64,000 nt of DNA from an uncultured Maribacter sp. GTDB taxonomy: Bacteria; Bacteroidota; Bacteroidia; Flavobacteriales; Flavobacteriaceae. Made by a program: the position numbers and the translations under genes. Shown piece by piece: positions 48,404-58,447 of this stretch (within the stretch, counting starts at the first letter, position 1; each line of letters starts with the position of its first letter). Below the pieces are notes generated by a model that saw only the letters and a list, made by a program, of their open reading frames with translations, did not search any database and was not told the DNA's origin. The DNA lies in contig CAZTLZ010000001.1 of assembly GCA_964614665.1 (NCBI GenBank), forward strand, positions 563 through 64,562, given 5' to 3'.

Positions 48404-49603
48404 ATGAGTAAAGGAGTAGCTATTACGGGTATGGGCATTATATCGGCCATTGGTGACAATGTGCAAGAGAACTACCAATCACTCATAACCCGTCAAATGG
48501 GTATTTCAAAAATCACCCAAATTGAAACTATCCATAAAGACGAAATCATGGTTGGTGAAGTTAAAGCCACTAATTCTGATCTAGAGCAACAACTAGGTCT
48601 GCCAACCAATTCATATTCCCGTTCACCAATGCTTGGTATGATCGCTGCTCAAGAAGCCGTTCAACAAGCTGGAATCACTGATATCAATGACTATAAAACC
48701 GGACTAATTTCAAGCACAACGGTTGGTGGAATGGATAAATCTGAACAGTATTTCTTCGAATATTTCGAAAGTGATAAACATCACAACCATATTAACGGGC
48801 TACATGCCGGAGACTCCACTAGAAAAATTGCCAAACATCTGGGGCTTGAGAAAAGTTTTATGACCACTATAAGCACAGCTTGCTCTTCTGCGGCCAATGC
48901 AATTATGTTGGGTGCGCGTATGATTAAATCAGGTCGTTTGGATCGCGCTGTGGTTGGTGGAACAGATTCGCTATCCAAATTCACCATAAACGGTTTCAAG
49001 ACCTTGATGATTTTATCAGACACCTTCAACAAGCCGTTTGATGACAATCGAAAAGGGCTGAATTTAGGGGAGGCCGGGGCTTTCTTGGTGTTGGAATCAG
49101 ATTCAGTCATTAAAAAAGAGAACAGAGAGGTTTTGGCCTATGTCAAAGGTTATGGAAATGCCAACGATGCCTTTCACCAAACAGCTTCTTCCGAAAATGG
49201 TGATGGTGCGGTCATGGCAATGGAAAAAGCATTGAAAGTAGCAGGCCTCAAACCTGAAGATATTGACTATGTGAATGCGCATGGTACGGCAACACCTAAT
49301 AATGATCTATCAGAGGGAAGAGCGATGCTTCGGATTTTTGGAAACAATGTGCCAGAGTTCAGTTCTACGAAAGCATTTACAGGGCATACCTTGGCCGTAG
49401 CAGGAGGAGTCGAAGCGGTTTATTCTGTTTTGGCCTTGCAAAATAATCGCATTTACCCAAACCTCAACTTTAGGACTCCCATGAAGGAATTCAATCTACT
49501 GCCGGAGACCGAGGCCAAAGAAAAAGAACTAAAGCATGTCTTATCAAATTCGTTCGGTTTCGGGGGGAATTGTTCTACACTGATAATCTCCAAAGAAGCG
49601 TGA
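48404..49603 (+). CDS. Beta-ketoacyl-ACP synthase (aryl polyene KS)
   Basis: STACSS, HGTATPNND, GHTLA, SNSFGFGG. Confidence 0.92.
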   Translation: MSKGVAITGMGIISAIGDNVQENYQSLITRQMGISKITQIETIHKDEIMVGEVKATNSDLEQQLGLPTNSYSRSPMLGMIAAQEAVQQAGITDINDYKTGLISSTTVGGMDKSEQYFFEYFESDKHHNHINGLHAGDSTRKIAKHLGLEKSFMTTISTACSSAANAIMLGARMIKSGRLDRAVVGGTDSLSKFTINGFKTLMILSDTFNKPFDDNRKGLNLGEAGAFLVLESDSVIKKENREVLAYVKGYGNANDAFHQTASSENGDGAVMAMEKALKVAGLKPEDIDYVNAHGTATPNNDLSEGRAMLRIFGNNVPEFSSTKAFTGHTLAVAGGVEAVYSVLALQNNRIYPNLNFRTPMKEFNLLPETEAKEKELKHVLSNSFGFGGNCSTLIISKEA

Positions 49604-50664
49604 AAAAATCCGTCTACATAAATAGCGTTGGCTCGGTTTCCGCTCAAAAAACTTTCGATAACTCAGAATTCTTATCGGAAATTTCAGAATATCATGCGAC
49701 CGAATTGACCGTTGTTGCGCCAGACTACAAAGCCTATATTCCACCTGCTGCTGCCCGCCGAATGGCAAAGGGTATAAAAATGAGCACAGTAAGCTCTCAA
49801 ACAGCATTAAAAGAAGCTGGCATCGAAAATATAGATGCGATCATAGTGGGCACAGGACTGGGTTGTCTTGCCGATTCCGCCAAATTTGTGGGTGATATCA
49901 TAAACAATGACGAACAATTTTTGACGCCAACCCGTTTTATCCAGTCCTCGCATAATACGGTGGCCGGCCAAATAGCATTGGGCCTAGGCTGTAAGGGCTA
50001 TAACTTTACCTATGTAAATTCTACAGTGTCTTTTGAGTCAAGTTTGTTAGATGCTCAACTTCAGCTAGAGAATAACGAGGCCCAAAATATTCTCGTAGGA
50101 GGTGTTGATGAGATGGTCGATCATCATGTGAAATCACATCAATTGATAGGACATTTCAAAACCGAAGCAATTACTTCAAAATCCTTACTGACTTCTAAAA
50201 CCGAAGGGGCGATAATGGCCGAGGGGTCGCACTTTTTTGTATTATCCAATAAAAAGCAATCCTCCACCTACGCTGAACTCGTAGCAGTACAGATTTATAA
50301 TAATCTTATACAAGATCAACTTCCAAGTCAAATTGAATCTTTTTTAGCGGATAATGATACGACTAAGGATGATGTTGATTTGGTGATTTTAGGAAATAAT
50401 GGAGATTTCAACTTTGATGGCTACTATAATTCTCTGAGTGAGGGGTATTTCAAGAATACACCTCAAGCCTACTTCAAACATTTATCCGGGGAATTCGATA
50501 CTGCAACTGGATTCGCTTTCTGGTTGGCCGCCAAAATAATAAAAAAGCAGATGATACCTGATGTGGTAAAATTGAACGTTTTAGAAGCAAAACCGAATAC
50601 CGTTCTAATTTACAATCAATACCGAGGGGAAAATCATAGCCTTGTACTACTTCGAAAATGTTAA
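49600..50664 (+). CDS. Ketosynthase chain-length factor
   Basis: RRM....KM, PTRFIQSSHNTVAGQIAL; active-site Cys absent (NSTVSFESSL); GTGA overlap with the KS. Confidence 0.82.
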   Translation: MKKSVYINSVGSVSAQKTFDNSEFLSEISEYHATELTVVAPDYKAYIPPAAARRMAKGIKMSTVSSQTALKEAGIENIDAIIVGTGLGCLADSAKFVGDIINNDEQFLTPTRFIQSSHNTVAGQIALGLGCKGYNFTYVNSTVSFESSLLDAQLQLENNEAQNILVGGVDEMVDHHVKSHQLIGHFKTEAITSKSLLTSKTEGAIMAEGSHFFVLSNKKQSSTYAELVAVQIYNNLIQDQLPSQIESFLADNDTTKDDVDLVILGNNGDFNFDGYYNSLSEGYFKNTPQAYFKHLSGEFDTATGFAFWLAAKIIKKQMIPDVVKLNVLEAKPNTVLIYNQYRGENHSLVLLRKC

Positions 50665-51434
50665 AACGAAGAATCATTAATGGTATTTGTGTTGCCCTGC
50701 TATTGGCTATGCTTGTTTTGAATTTCTTTTTTCAAATTCCTTGGTGGAGCTTTGTGGTATTATTGTTCATTTGGTTTCTTATTACACTGGGGGGGTCATT
50801 TTTTATTCAATGGAATTACCATTTGAACTCGCTACATTCGAATAAGTCCATACCTAAAAATCAAATCGCCCTGACATTCGATGATGGGCCACATCCTGAA
50901 TTCACCCCTATGGCGCTTGACTTGCTAAAAGCACACAAGGCGAGAGCAACTTTCTTTTGTATCGGGCACCATATTGAGAAGCATCCCGAATTATTCAAAC
51001 GTATACTTGCTGAAGGACATACGGTAGGAAATCACACCTATTCTCATTCAAAATCCTTCGGATTCTTTGGCACTGAAAAAGTTATCGACGAACTAAAGCA
51101 GACCAAGGCTTTGGTCAAAAAATTGACAGGAAAATCAATGAATCTCTATCGACCTGCTTTTGGAGTGACCAACCCAGTGATTGAAAGAACAGTGAAACAA
51201 TTGGATATTGTAAGTATTGGGTGGAATGTACGTTCGTTGGATACTACCAGCCGTCCAGAAAAGCTGATAATGAAAAGAATAACATCACGATTATCAAAAG
51301 GTGATGTAATATTATTGCATGATACCAGTCACAAGACGATCAATGTTTTGGAACAGTTATTGTTATTTTTGGAGGAGAAAAATTTGGAGTCCGTCACGAT
51401 CGAAGAACTTTTACAACTAAAAGCTTATGCGTAA
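50658..51434 (+). CDS. Membrane-anchored polysaccharide deacetylase (CE4/NodB)
   Basis: Two N-terminal TM helices; ALTFDDGP, ATFF, GNHTYSH, YRPAFG, ILLHD. Confidence 0.9.
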   Translation: MLKRRIINGICVALLLAMLVLNFFFQIPWWSFVVLLFIWFLITLGGSFFIQWNYHLNSLHSNKSIPKNQIALTFDDGPHPEFTPMALDLLKAHKARATFFCIGHHIEKHPELFKRILAEGHTVGNHTYSHSKSFGFFGTEKVIDELKQTKALVKKLTGKSMNLYRPAFGVTNPVIERTVKQLDIVSIGWNVRSLDTTSRPEKLIMKRITSRLSKGDVILLHDTSHKTINVLEQLLLFLEEKNLESVTIEELLQLKAYA

Positions 51435-52044
51435 CCTTATTTGTCTTTTCTTTTTGGTTTCCACCTTTGTGGGTGCTCAGACTAAAATGAGTACTTCCGA
51501 GGCGGAGGCCCTAAAAGCCAAAGTTAGGGGCCAAGCAGAAGTTACAAAGACTATTTCAAGTGATTTTGTACAATATAAACATCTTGACTTTTTATCGAAC
51601 GACATTGAATCAACAGGAAAGTTAGCTTTTAAATCTCCCGATTGGGTCAAATGGGAATATGTAAAACCCTTCGAATATTCAGTAATCTTCAAAAACGAAA
51701 CACTTTATATCGATGACAGTGGTAACAAGAGTTCAATGGATATGGGTTCAAACAAGATTTTCAAACAGCTAAACCAACTCATTACCGTCAGTATAAAGGG
51801 TGATTTATTCGATTCCCCGGAGTTCACAGTTTCCTATTTTAAGAAAGAAAAAAAGAGTGAGGCCCATTTTGAACCAACTGACCCTGAATTTAGAGAGTTT
51901 ATCAAATCCTTTCAGATTTCTTTCAATACCAAGGGTGAAGTTAAGGAAGTAAAAATGATAGAACCTTCTGACGACTATACTCAAATTATTTTTAGCAACA
52001 GAATTGTAAACCAAGCACTACCCGATGAAGTTTTTGCTCATTAG
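51427..52044 (+). CDS. LolA-like outer-membrane lipoprotein/lipid carrier
   Basis: Signal peptide, F.QYKHLDFLSNDIESTG...FKSPD.VKWEY..P. Confidence 0.82.
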   Translation: MRNLICLFFLVSTFVGAQTKMSTSEAEALKAKVRGQAEVTKTISSDFVQYKHLDFLSNDIESTGKLAFKSPDWVKWEYVKPFEYSVIFKNETLYIDDSGNKSSMDMGSNKIFKQLNQLITVSIKGDLFDSPEFTVSYFKKEKKSEAHFEPTDPEFREFIKSFQISFNTKGEVKEVKMIEPSDDYTQIIFSNRIVNQALPDEVFAH

Positions 52045-52633
52045 CATACTGATTACGACGTGCGTTTCATGTACATCATATCCCAAAAGAAATAATTTAA
52101 AACCGATTGAAAACGGCAGTACTTCTGTTCTAAATCCGTACTTCGCGAATTCCTCCAAAGATTATATCTACAAGGCGAATATCACTGCTTTTGATAAGGA
52201 TTTCGGTGGTGTTTTCATTGTTAAGAAATTAGGGCCGGACCATCATCGCGTCGCTTTTACCACCGAATTAGGGAATAAGATTTTCGATTTCACATTTTAC
52301 AAAGATGATTTCAAGGTAAACCATATCTTGAAAGAAATGAATAGAAAACTGCTTCTTAATATTTTAAGGAATGATTTTAGGGCTTTAATTAAAGAAGATC
52401 TATCTGAAGAAAAAACATTTTCAAAGGAGAATAGCATCGTTTATCAAACAAAAATATATGGAAAACAGCACTTCTATTTTCTAAAAGGCAAGCATCTACA
52501 TAAAATAACCAAAGTCAAACATGGAAAGGAAATAGTAGAATTTCTGTTTTCGGAAATAAATGATGACCTTGCGCAGCAGATTGAAATCAATCATAAGAAC
52601 CTAAGGCTTTCCATTCGCCTAAAGTCTATTTAA
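52025..52633 (+). CDS. Hypothetical lipoprotein (possible LolB-like partner)
   Basis: Lipobox CVSC; beta-rich; follows the LolA-like gene as in aryl polyene clusters. Confidence 0.6.
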   Translation: MKFLLISILITTCVSCTSYPKRNNLKPIENGSTSVLNPYFANSSKDYIYKANITAFDKDFGGVFIVKKLGPDHHRVAFTTELGNKIFDFTFYKDDFKVNHILKEMNRKLLLNILRNDFRALIKEDLSEEKTFSKENSIVYQTKIYGKQHFYFLKGKHLHKITKVKHGKEIVEFLFSEINDDLAQQIEINHKNLRLSIRLKSI

Positions 52634-52635
52634 AT

Positions 52636-53004
52636 ATGTTAATAGAAGGATTGTATACTGTTCAGAATTTGGAACAAAATGACCAAGAAGTAAAGGCTTC
52701 TGTGAAACTGAATGCCTCACACGAGGTTTTTAAAGGGCATTTTCCTGGCAACCCGGTAATGCCTGGAGTTTGTATGATACAAATGATCAAAGAACTCACT
52801 GAACAAGTTTTAGACAAACAACTCTTCTTGAATGTGGCCACAAATGTAAAATTCATGGCCATCATCAATCCGTTGGTGAATGAAACAATAGATTTGACAT
52901 TGAACATCTCTGAAGCAGATGGTATCATAAAAGTCAAAAATCTAACTTCCTATGATGATACTGTGGCATTAAAATTGAATGCTACTTTCAAAATAATGGA
53001 ATAA
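52636..53004 (+). CDS. 3-hydroxyacyl-ACP dehydratase (FabA/FabZ, ApeI-like)
   Basis: FKGHFPGNPVMPGVC. Confidence 0.88.
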   Translation: MLIEGLYTVQNLEQNDQEVKASVKLNASHEVFKGHFPGNPVMPGVCMIQMIKELTEQVLDKQLFLNVATNVKFMAIINPLVNETIDLTLNISEADGIIKVKNLTSYDDTVALKLNATFKIME

Positions 53005-53492
53005 TGCGTTACTTGTTTTTCCTCTTAGTTGCTGTACCTATATTTGGCTACACCCAAGAATTGAAAGTCCTGCGGTTGGAATATCCCACGGCAACTATTG
53101 ATACGCATACTGCTGAGGTCTTATCAAAGTCATTGGCGAATATTTCGGAACAAGATGATGCAACCCTAGTTGCCTACAAAGGCGCACTTTTAACCTTAAA
53201 AGCGAAATTCACAAGATCCATAAAAAGCAAGAAATCATATTTCAAAGAAGGCGTTGCGCTTTTAGAGCATGCTATTTCAGAGGAACCTGAAAATATTGAA
53301 ATCAGGTGTATTCGCATGGGAGTACAGGAAAATTCGCCTAGAATCGTTAACTACAAGGGCCAAATAGCTGAAGACAAAAAATTCTTGCTTGATCATTACG
53401 ATACTATTAAAAACCAAGAAGTCAAAGAATTTATTCAAGGCTTTGTAGTACATTCCAAGCGTTTCAACGATGCCGAAAAGCAATTGTTTTAG
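53004..53492 (+). CDS. Exported helical (TPR-like) hypothetical protein
   Basis: Signal peptide; G..LLEHAISEEPENIEIR..R..VQEN. Confidence 0.7.
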   Translation: MRYLFFLLVAVPIFGYTQELKVLRLEYPTATIDTHTAEVLSKSLANISEQDDATLVAYKGALLTLKAKFTRSIKSKKSYFKEGVALLEHAISEEPENIEIRCIRMGVQENSPRIVNYKGQIAEDKKFLLDHYDTIKNQEVKEFIQGFVVHSKRFNDAEKQLF

Positions 53493-53564
53493 GTAGTGTA
53501 ATCCTTATCTTTACAGCATAAAATTGCCTGTTATTCTATTTGGGCTCTGAACAAAACTGTACTA

Positions 53565-54764
53565 GTGCCAACTACCCCATCAATCCACGAAACCATGGCT
53601 CAGCTTAAGTGCTGTGTGATTGTGCCTACCTACAATAATCATAAGACCTTAAAAAAAGTTTTGAATGGTCTTTTAGAACGCACTCAAAATATCATCGTGA
53701 TCAATGATGGTTCTACTGATGACACAGCGTTAATTCTAGCAGGTTTTCCTAAAGTTGAGCAAGTGCATTTGCCTCAAAATAAGGGTAAAGGAAATGCTCT
53801 AAAAATAGGTTTTGCAAAAGCATTGGCCTTAGGTTATGAATTTGCAATTACCATCGATTCAGATGGACAACATTTTCCAGAGGATATTCCGATTTTTCTC
53901 GATGCATTACAAAATGAAGCCACCAAAAACGTACTCTACATCGGAGCTCGAAATATGGATCAGGCAGATGTACCAGGTTCCAGTAGTTTTGGAAACAAAT
54001 TTTCCAATTTTTGGTTTTGGTTTGAAACTGGTACTTGGTTGAAAGATACCCAAAGTGGTTATCGTTTATATCCTTTGAGTGAAATTGAAAAACTAAACTT
54101 ATATACGCCAAAATTCGAATTTGAAATTGAAGTCATTGTTAAGGCTGCTTGGCGAGGTACATTGGTCAAAAATATTCCTATTCAAATCTCGTATGAGGAT
54201 GACGACCGTGTTTCCCATTTTAGAAAAGGTCCTGATTTTGCTCGTATCAGTGTTTTGAATACTTGGTTCGTACTGGTCGCTATTTTTTGGATTAAACCCA
54301 GAGATTTGTATCGTCGCTTCCGAAAAAAGGGGTTCCGACGGTTTATAAAAGAGGATATTTTACACAGCAGTGATTCTCCTAGAAAAAAAGCGCTGTCCAT
54401 TGCCCTGGGGGTTTTCATAGGCTTGTGCCCTTTGTGGGGTTTTCACACCGTTATCGTTTTATCGCTTGCGGTCTTGTTCAAATTGAACAAGGTAATAGCC
54501 TTCACTTTTTCCAATGTCAGTTTAGCACCATTTATCCCTTTTGTACTCTATGCAAGCCTAAGAACCGGCACATTTATTACTGGGGAAGATCTGACATATA
54601 CTTTTGAAAGTAGTATTGCGGATTTTGAACTTATTACTCACTTGAAAACGTACCTAATAGGTAGTTTGACCTTATCGATTTTAGCCGCAACGATATTTGG
54701 TATTTTAGGGTATTTCATGCTTTCCATCTTCGATAGAAAAAAAATAGCCGTCAACAATGGGTAG
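53565..54764 (+). CDS. Glycosyltransferase family 2 fused to a DUF2062 membrane domain
   Basis: VIVPTYNN, VINDGSTD, N.GKG, TIDSDGQH (DxD), DTQSGYRLY; C-terminal KALSIALGVFIG..P.WG. Confidence 0.9.
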   Translation: MPTTPSIHETMAQLKCCVIVPTYNNHKTLKKVLNGLLERTQNIIVINDGSTDDTALILAGFPKVEQVHLPQNKGKGNALKIGFAKALALGYEFAITIDSDGQHFPEDIPIFLDALQNEATKNVLYIGARNMDQADVPGSSSFGNKFSNFWFWFETGTWLKDTQSGYRLYPLSEIEKLNLYTPKFEFEIEVIVKAAWRGTLVKNIPIQISYEDDDRVSHFRKGPDFARISVLNTWFVLVAIFWIKPRDLYRRFRKKGFRRFIKEDILHSSDSPRKKALSIALGVFIGLCPLWGFHTVIVLSLAVLFKLNKVIAFTFSNVSLAPFIPFVLYASLRTGTFITGEDLTYTFESSIADFELITHLKTYLIGSLTLSILAATIFGILGYFMLSIFDRKKIAVNNG

Positions 54765-57700
54765 TTTTTTTCAAAGAGCATATCAGTTCATTTCCCAAAA
54801 AAAATGGCTAGGTGTATTAATACTTTTCATAGTTGTCTCTCTTCTTGCAGCGGTCGTTTCCAGAATCGAATTCGATGATGATATTAGTTCGTTGATTCCT
54901 GCTAGTGAAGAGACCAAGAAAACCCAGGAAATTCTAAAGTCGATTGCTTTTACCGACAAGATAATCGTAAATATTCATCGAGATCCGGAAACTTCAGTAG
55001 AAGAACTCACTCAATTTGCTTCCGCCTTTTTAGATAGTATTCAACGTACAAGCGGTTCATATATCAAAAGAGTTCAGGGGAAACTGAACGATGAAGATTT
55101 ACCCAATACCCTGAATTTAGTCTATGAGAACCTACCTCTTTTTCTTGATGAGCCCGATTATAATACCATTGCGGAAAAAATTTCGAAGGACAGCATTGCC
55201 AAAATCACAGCGCAGCATTACCGTACGCTGATTTCACCATCCGGTATTATCGCCTCAAAAACTATCAGAAAAGACCCTTTTGGACTTTCTTTTGTTGCAC
55301 TAAAAAAGTTACAGCAACTTGGTATAGGCGATGAATTCAAGCTAAAAGATGGATTTCTCGTTGACCAGAAAGAGGAGAATATCCTATTATTTATTACACC
55401 TACTAACGCCTCCGGTGAAACCGATAAGAATACCCCTTTTGTGAATCAATTATATGCACTTCAAAATCAATTGAAAGAATCGTTCGGCAACAGGGTATCC
55501 ATTGATTATTTTGGTGCGGCTTTGGTTGCCGTTGCGAATGCAAAGCAGATAAAAAAAGATGTACAGTTCACAGCCAGCATTGCGTTAATGGTTCTTTTCA
55601 TCGTATTAATCCTATTTTATAGAAAACTTAGTCTTCCCATTATTCTTTTCTTACCTACAGTGTTTGGCGGACTTCTATCTGTAGCGGTATTGGTTTTGCT
55701 TCGCGGAAAAATCTCAGCCATTTCCCTTGGAATCGGTTCTGTTCTACTAGGAGTCACTTTGGACTACTCCTTGCACATTCTCACCCATATTAGAAATGGA
55801 AAAAGCCTTAAATCGCTCTTTCATAATGTAGCGCCTTCCATATTAATGAGCAGTCTTACCACAGCTTCAGCTTTTTTGTGCCTCCTGTTCTTGAAATCAC
55901 AAGCACTTCAAGATCTTGGTGTTTTCGCGGCAATAAGTGTTTTAGGAGCTTCCGTTTTTGCCTTGTTATTTATTCCCCAGGTATATCGCCTAAAAAACGA
56001 TACGATTAGGAAAACAACTTTGCTAGACCGTATCGCCGATTATGATTTTCATAAAAACAAATGGGTGATAGGTCTTCTGACCGCACTTTTGATTACCGGT
56101 CTATTTACATACAGAAGTATAAGGTTCAATCAAGATATTGCAAAGTTGAACTATGAATCCGAGGTGTTGATTGAAGCCCGTGAACGATTGGAAGTCTTGA
56201 CAGATATCGGTTCTAAATCCATTTACTTATCGACCTATGGAGAAAATCAAGAGGAAGTTTTACAGCAAAATGATGAGCTTCTTAAAAAGTTAAAAGAACT
56301 GAAGGCCAACAATGAAATCTTAAGTTACAGTTCTATTGGGGCTTTGGTTCGTTCGAACAAAAAACAGCAAGAAAAAATAGCAGCTTGGGACAACTTTTGG
56401 GATTCAACAAAAATCAAGAACACTAAAAATAACCTTATCGATAGTGGTACTGCCTTAGGTTTTAAAGAAAATACGTTCTCGCAATTTTATGAACTATTAC
56501 AAACAGATTTCAAACCGTTGCAACTTTCGGACTTGAATAACTTTTCTTCTCTCGCCGTGGAAGATTTCATTGTTACCGATTCATCCGCAACGACAGTAAC
56601 CTCACTAATCAAAGTAAATACAGCTGATACTAAGAAGTTGAGAAATACTTTTTCAAATGTGCCCAAAACCCTACTTATTGACAGAAAACAAGTCAATGAA
56701 ACCTTTTTAGGAAATCTCAAAAATGATTTTAATCGCCTTATTTGGTACTCCTTGTTTGCTGTGGTATTGCTATTGGCCCTATTTTACAGAAGCCTATCAC
56801 TGACCCTGATTACAGCAATACCTCTATTTTTAAGTTGGTTTATGACTATAGGGATTTTGGCACTTTTTAAGATCGAATTCAATATTTTCAATATTATCAT
56901 ATCCAGTTTCATTTTTGGTCTTGGTGTTGATTACAGCATTTTTGTCACCAACGGTTTACTTACCCAATATCGCACTGGAGAAAAAACCCTTTCTACTCAT
57001 AAAACTTCAATAATACTCTCAGTATTAACTACACTTTTAGGTATTGGCGTGCTAGTATTTGCCAAACATCCGGCCTTATATTCCGTTTCCATTGTCTGCA
57101 TTATTGGTATTCTATCGGCAGCATTGATTTCTTTTACAATACAACCATTGTTGTTTCATTTACTTATCGGAAGCACTTCTAAAAGGCCTATTACCCCAAG
57201 AGTGCTTGCGCATTCCCTTTTGTCTTTTGGTTATTTTGATTTGGGAGGCTTAGTCCTTTCCGTATATTCATGGATTGTGATGAAAATTAACCCAAAAGCA
57301 CATTTAAAAAAGCAAATGGGACTTCACAAGTTGGTTTCAAAATTTATGAAATCGGTGTTGTACACCAATCCTTTTTTATGCAAAAAGGTTATCAATGAAC
57401 AAAATGAGACCTTTGAGAAACCCGCAATGTTGATTGCCAATCATACTTCTTTTCTCGATATTTTGGCGATGGGCATGTTGCATCCAAAACTTATTTATCT
57501 CGTCAAAGACCATGTTTACAATTCACCAACAGTGGGAAGTGCTGCTAAACTTCATGGAGCATACCCTGTCTCTGGCGGAATTGAAAATGGTGAAGAGTTT
57601 CTTCAACACAAAGTGGAACAAGGTTTTTCTATTGTAGCTTTTCCTGAAGGGGCAAGATCCACAACAAATAAAATCCATCGTTTTCATAAAGGCGCCTTCT

Positions 57701-58446
57701 ATCTAGCGGAAAAGTTGAAACTAGATATTCTACCTATTTTGATTCATGGAGGTTCAGAAGTTTCTCCCAAAGGTAGCTTCATCATTCGTGATGGTAGTTT
57801 TACGGTCAAAATGCTCCCTCGTATTAAAGCCGATGATGCTGCTTTCGGAACATCCTACAGTCAACGTTCGAAGCTTTTCGGTCAATACTTCAGATCGGCC
57901 TTTAGAAAATTTCGAAATGAAATTGAAGGTGAAGATTATTGGCATCAATTACTATTGGAGAATTATAGACATAAAGGAAAGGACATATATCAATCCGTAA
58001 AACAAGATTTGAAAACGTATCGAAAAGCCTATAAAGCTATCTTGTGTTCTTTGGGTGAAAAAGATAGTATCATTCATCTCTCTAACAAATGGGGCCAATT
58101 GGATCTACTCATGTCACTAGATTCGGTAGACCGAAAAATTTATAGTTTTTTGGAGAATGAAAAAGCGCGAGCAATCTTAAAAAATCACTACCTCAAATAT
58201 CGATACAGTAAAATCAAGGTATGTAAGGCTAAGTCAGCGGCATTTGAACAAAAAGCCTCGGTTCTTATTATTGATACGGATGCCTTCGACTTATCTGATA
58301 TTCCTAAGGAAAAAATAGATGAAATCACTATCTTGATACTATTAAATACGTCAAAAAGCAGCACTTTGAAAAGTGCTTTGCAAATTGGATTCTCTGAAAT
58401 AAAATCAAATGAGCACTTTGTTTTTTTGAAACGATTCGAAGCCTGA
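54757..58446 (+). CDS. MMPL/RND-family transporter fused to a PlsC acyltransferase and a degenerate C-terminal domain
   Basis: Two MMPL repeats (GVTLDYSLH, GLGVDYSIF); ANHTSFLD and FPEGARS acyltransferase motifs. Confidence 0.9.
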   Translation: MGSFFQRAYQFISQKKWLGVLILFIVVSLLAAVVSRIEFDDDISSLIPASEETKKTQEILKSIAFTDKIIVNIHRDPETSVEELTQFASAFLDSIQRTSGSYIKRVQGKLNDEDLPNTLNLVYENLPLFLDEPDYNTIAEKISKDSIAKITAQHYRTLISPSGIIASKTIRKDPFGLSFVALKKLQQLGIGDEFKLKDGFLVDQKEENILLFITPTNASGETDKNTPFVNQLYALQNQLKESFGNRVSIDYFGAALVAVANAKQIKKDVQFTASIALMVLFIVLILFYRKLSLPIILFLPTVFGGLLSVAVLVLLRGKISAISLGIGSVLLGVTLDYSLHILTHIRNGKSLKSLFHNVAPSILMSSLTTASAFLCLLFLKSQALQDLGVFAAISVLGASVFALLFIPQVYRLKNDTIRKTTLLDRIADYDFHKNKWVIGLLTALLITGLFTYRSIRFNQDIAKLNYESEVLIEARERLEVLTDIGSKSIYLSTYGENQEEVLQQNDELLKKLKELKANNEILSYSSIGALVRSNKKQQEKIAAWDNFWDSTKIKNTKNNLIDSGTALGFKENTFSQFYELLQTDFKPLQLSDLNNFSSLAVEDFIVTDSSATTVTSLIKVNTADTKKLRNTFSNVPKTLLIDRKQVNETFLGNLKNDFNRLIWYSLFAVVLLLALFYRSLSLTLITAIPLFLSWFMTIGILALFKIEFNIFNIIISSFIFGLGVDYSIFVTNGLLTQYRTGEKTLSTHKTSIILSVLTTLLGIGVLVFAKHPALYSVSIVCIIGILSAALISFTIQPLLFHLLIGSTSKRPITPRVLAHSLLSFGYFDLGGLVLSVYSWIVMKINPKAHLKKQMGLHKLVSKFMKSVLYTNPFLCKKVINEQNETFEKPAMLIANHTSFLDILAMGMLHPKLIYLVKDHVYNSPTVGSAAKLHGAYPVSGGIENGEEFLQHKVEQGFSIVAFPEGARSTTNKIHRFHKGAFYLAEKLKLDILPILIHGGSEVSPKGSFIIRDGSFTVKMLPRIKADDAAFGTSYSQRSKLFGQYFRSAFRKFRNEIEGEDYWHQLLLENYRHKGKDIYQSVKQDLKTYRKAYKAILCSLGEKDSIIHLSNKWGQLDLLMSLDSVDRKIYSFLENEKARAILKNHYLKYRYSKIKVCKAKSAAFEQKASVLIIDTDAFDLSDIPKEKIDEITILILLNTSKSSTLKSALQIGFSEIKSNEHFVFLKRFEA

Positions 58447-58447
58447 T

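Noticed and set aside
49405-49417. GGAGTCGAAGC match to the REP-like core inside a KS gene
   Set aside because: Encodes the conserved AGGVEA ketosynthase motif and lacks the left arm; likely chance.
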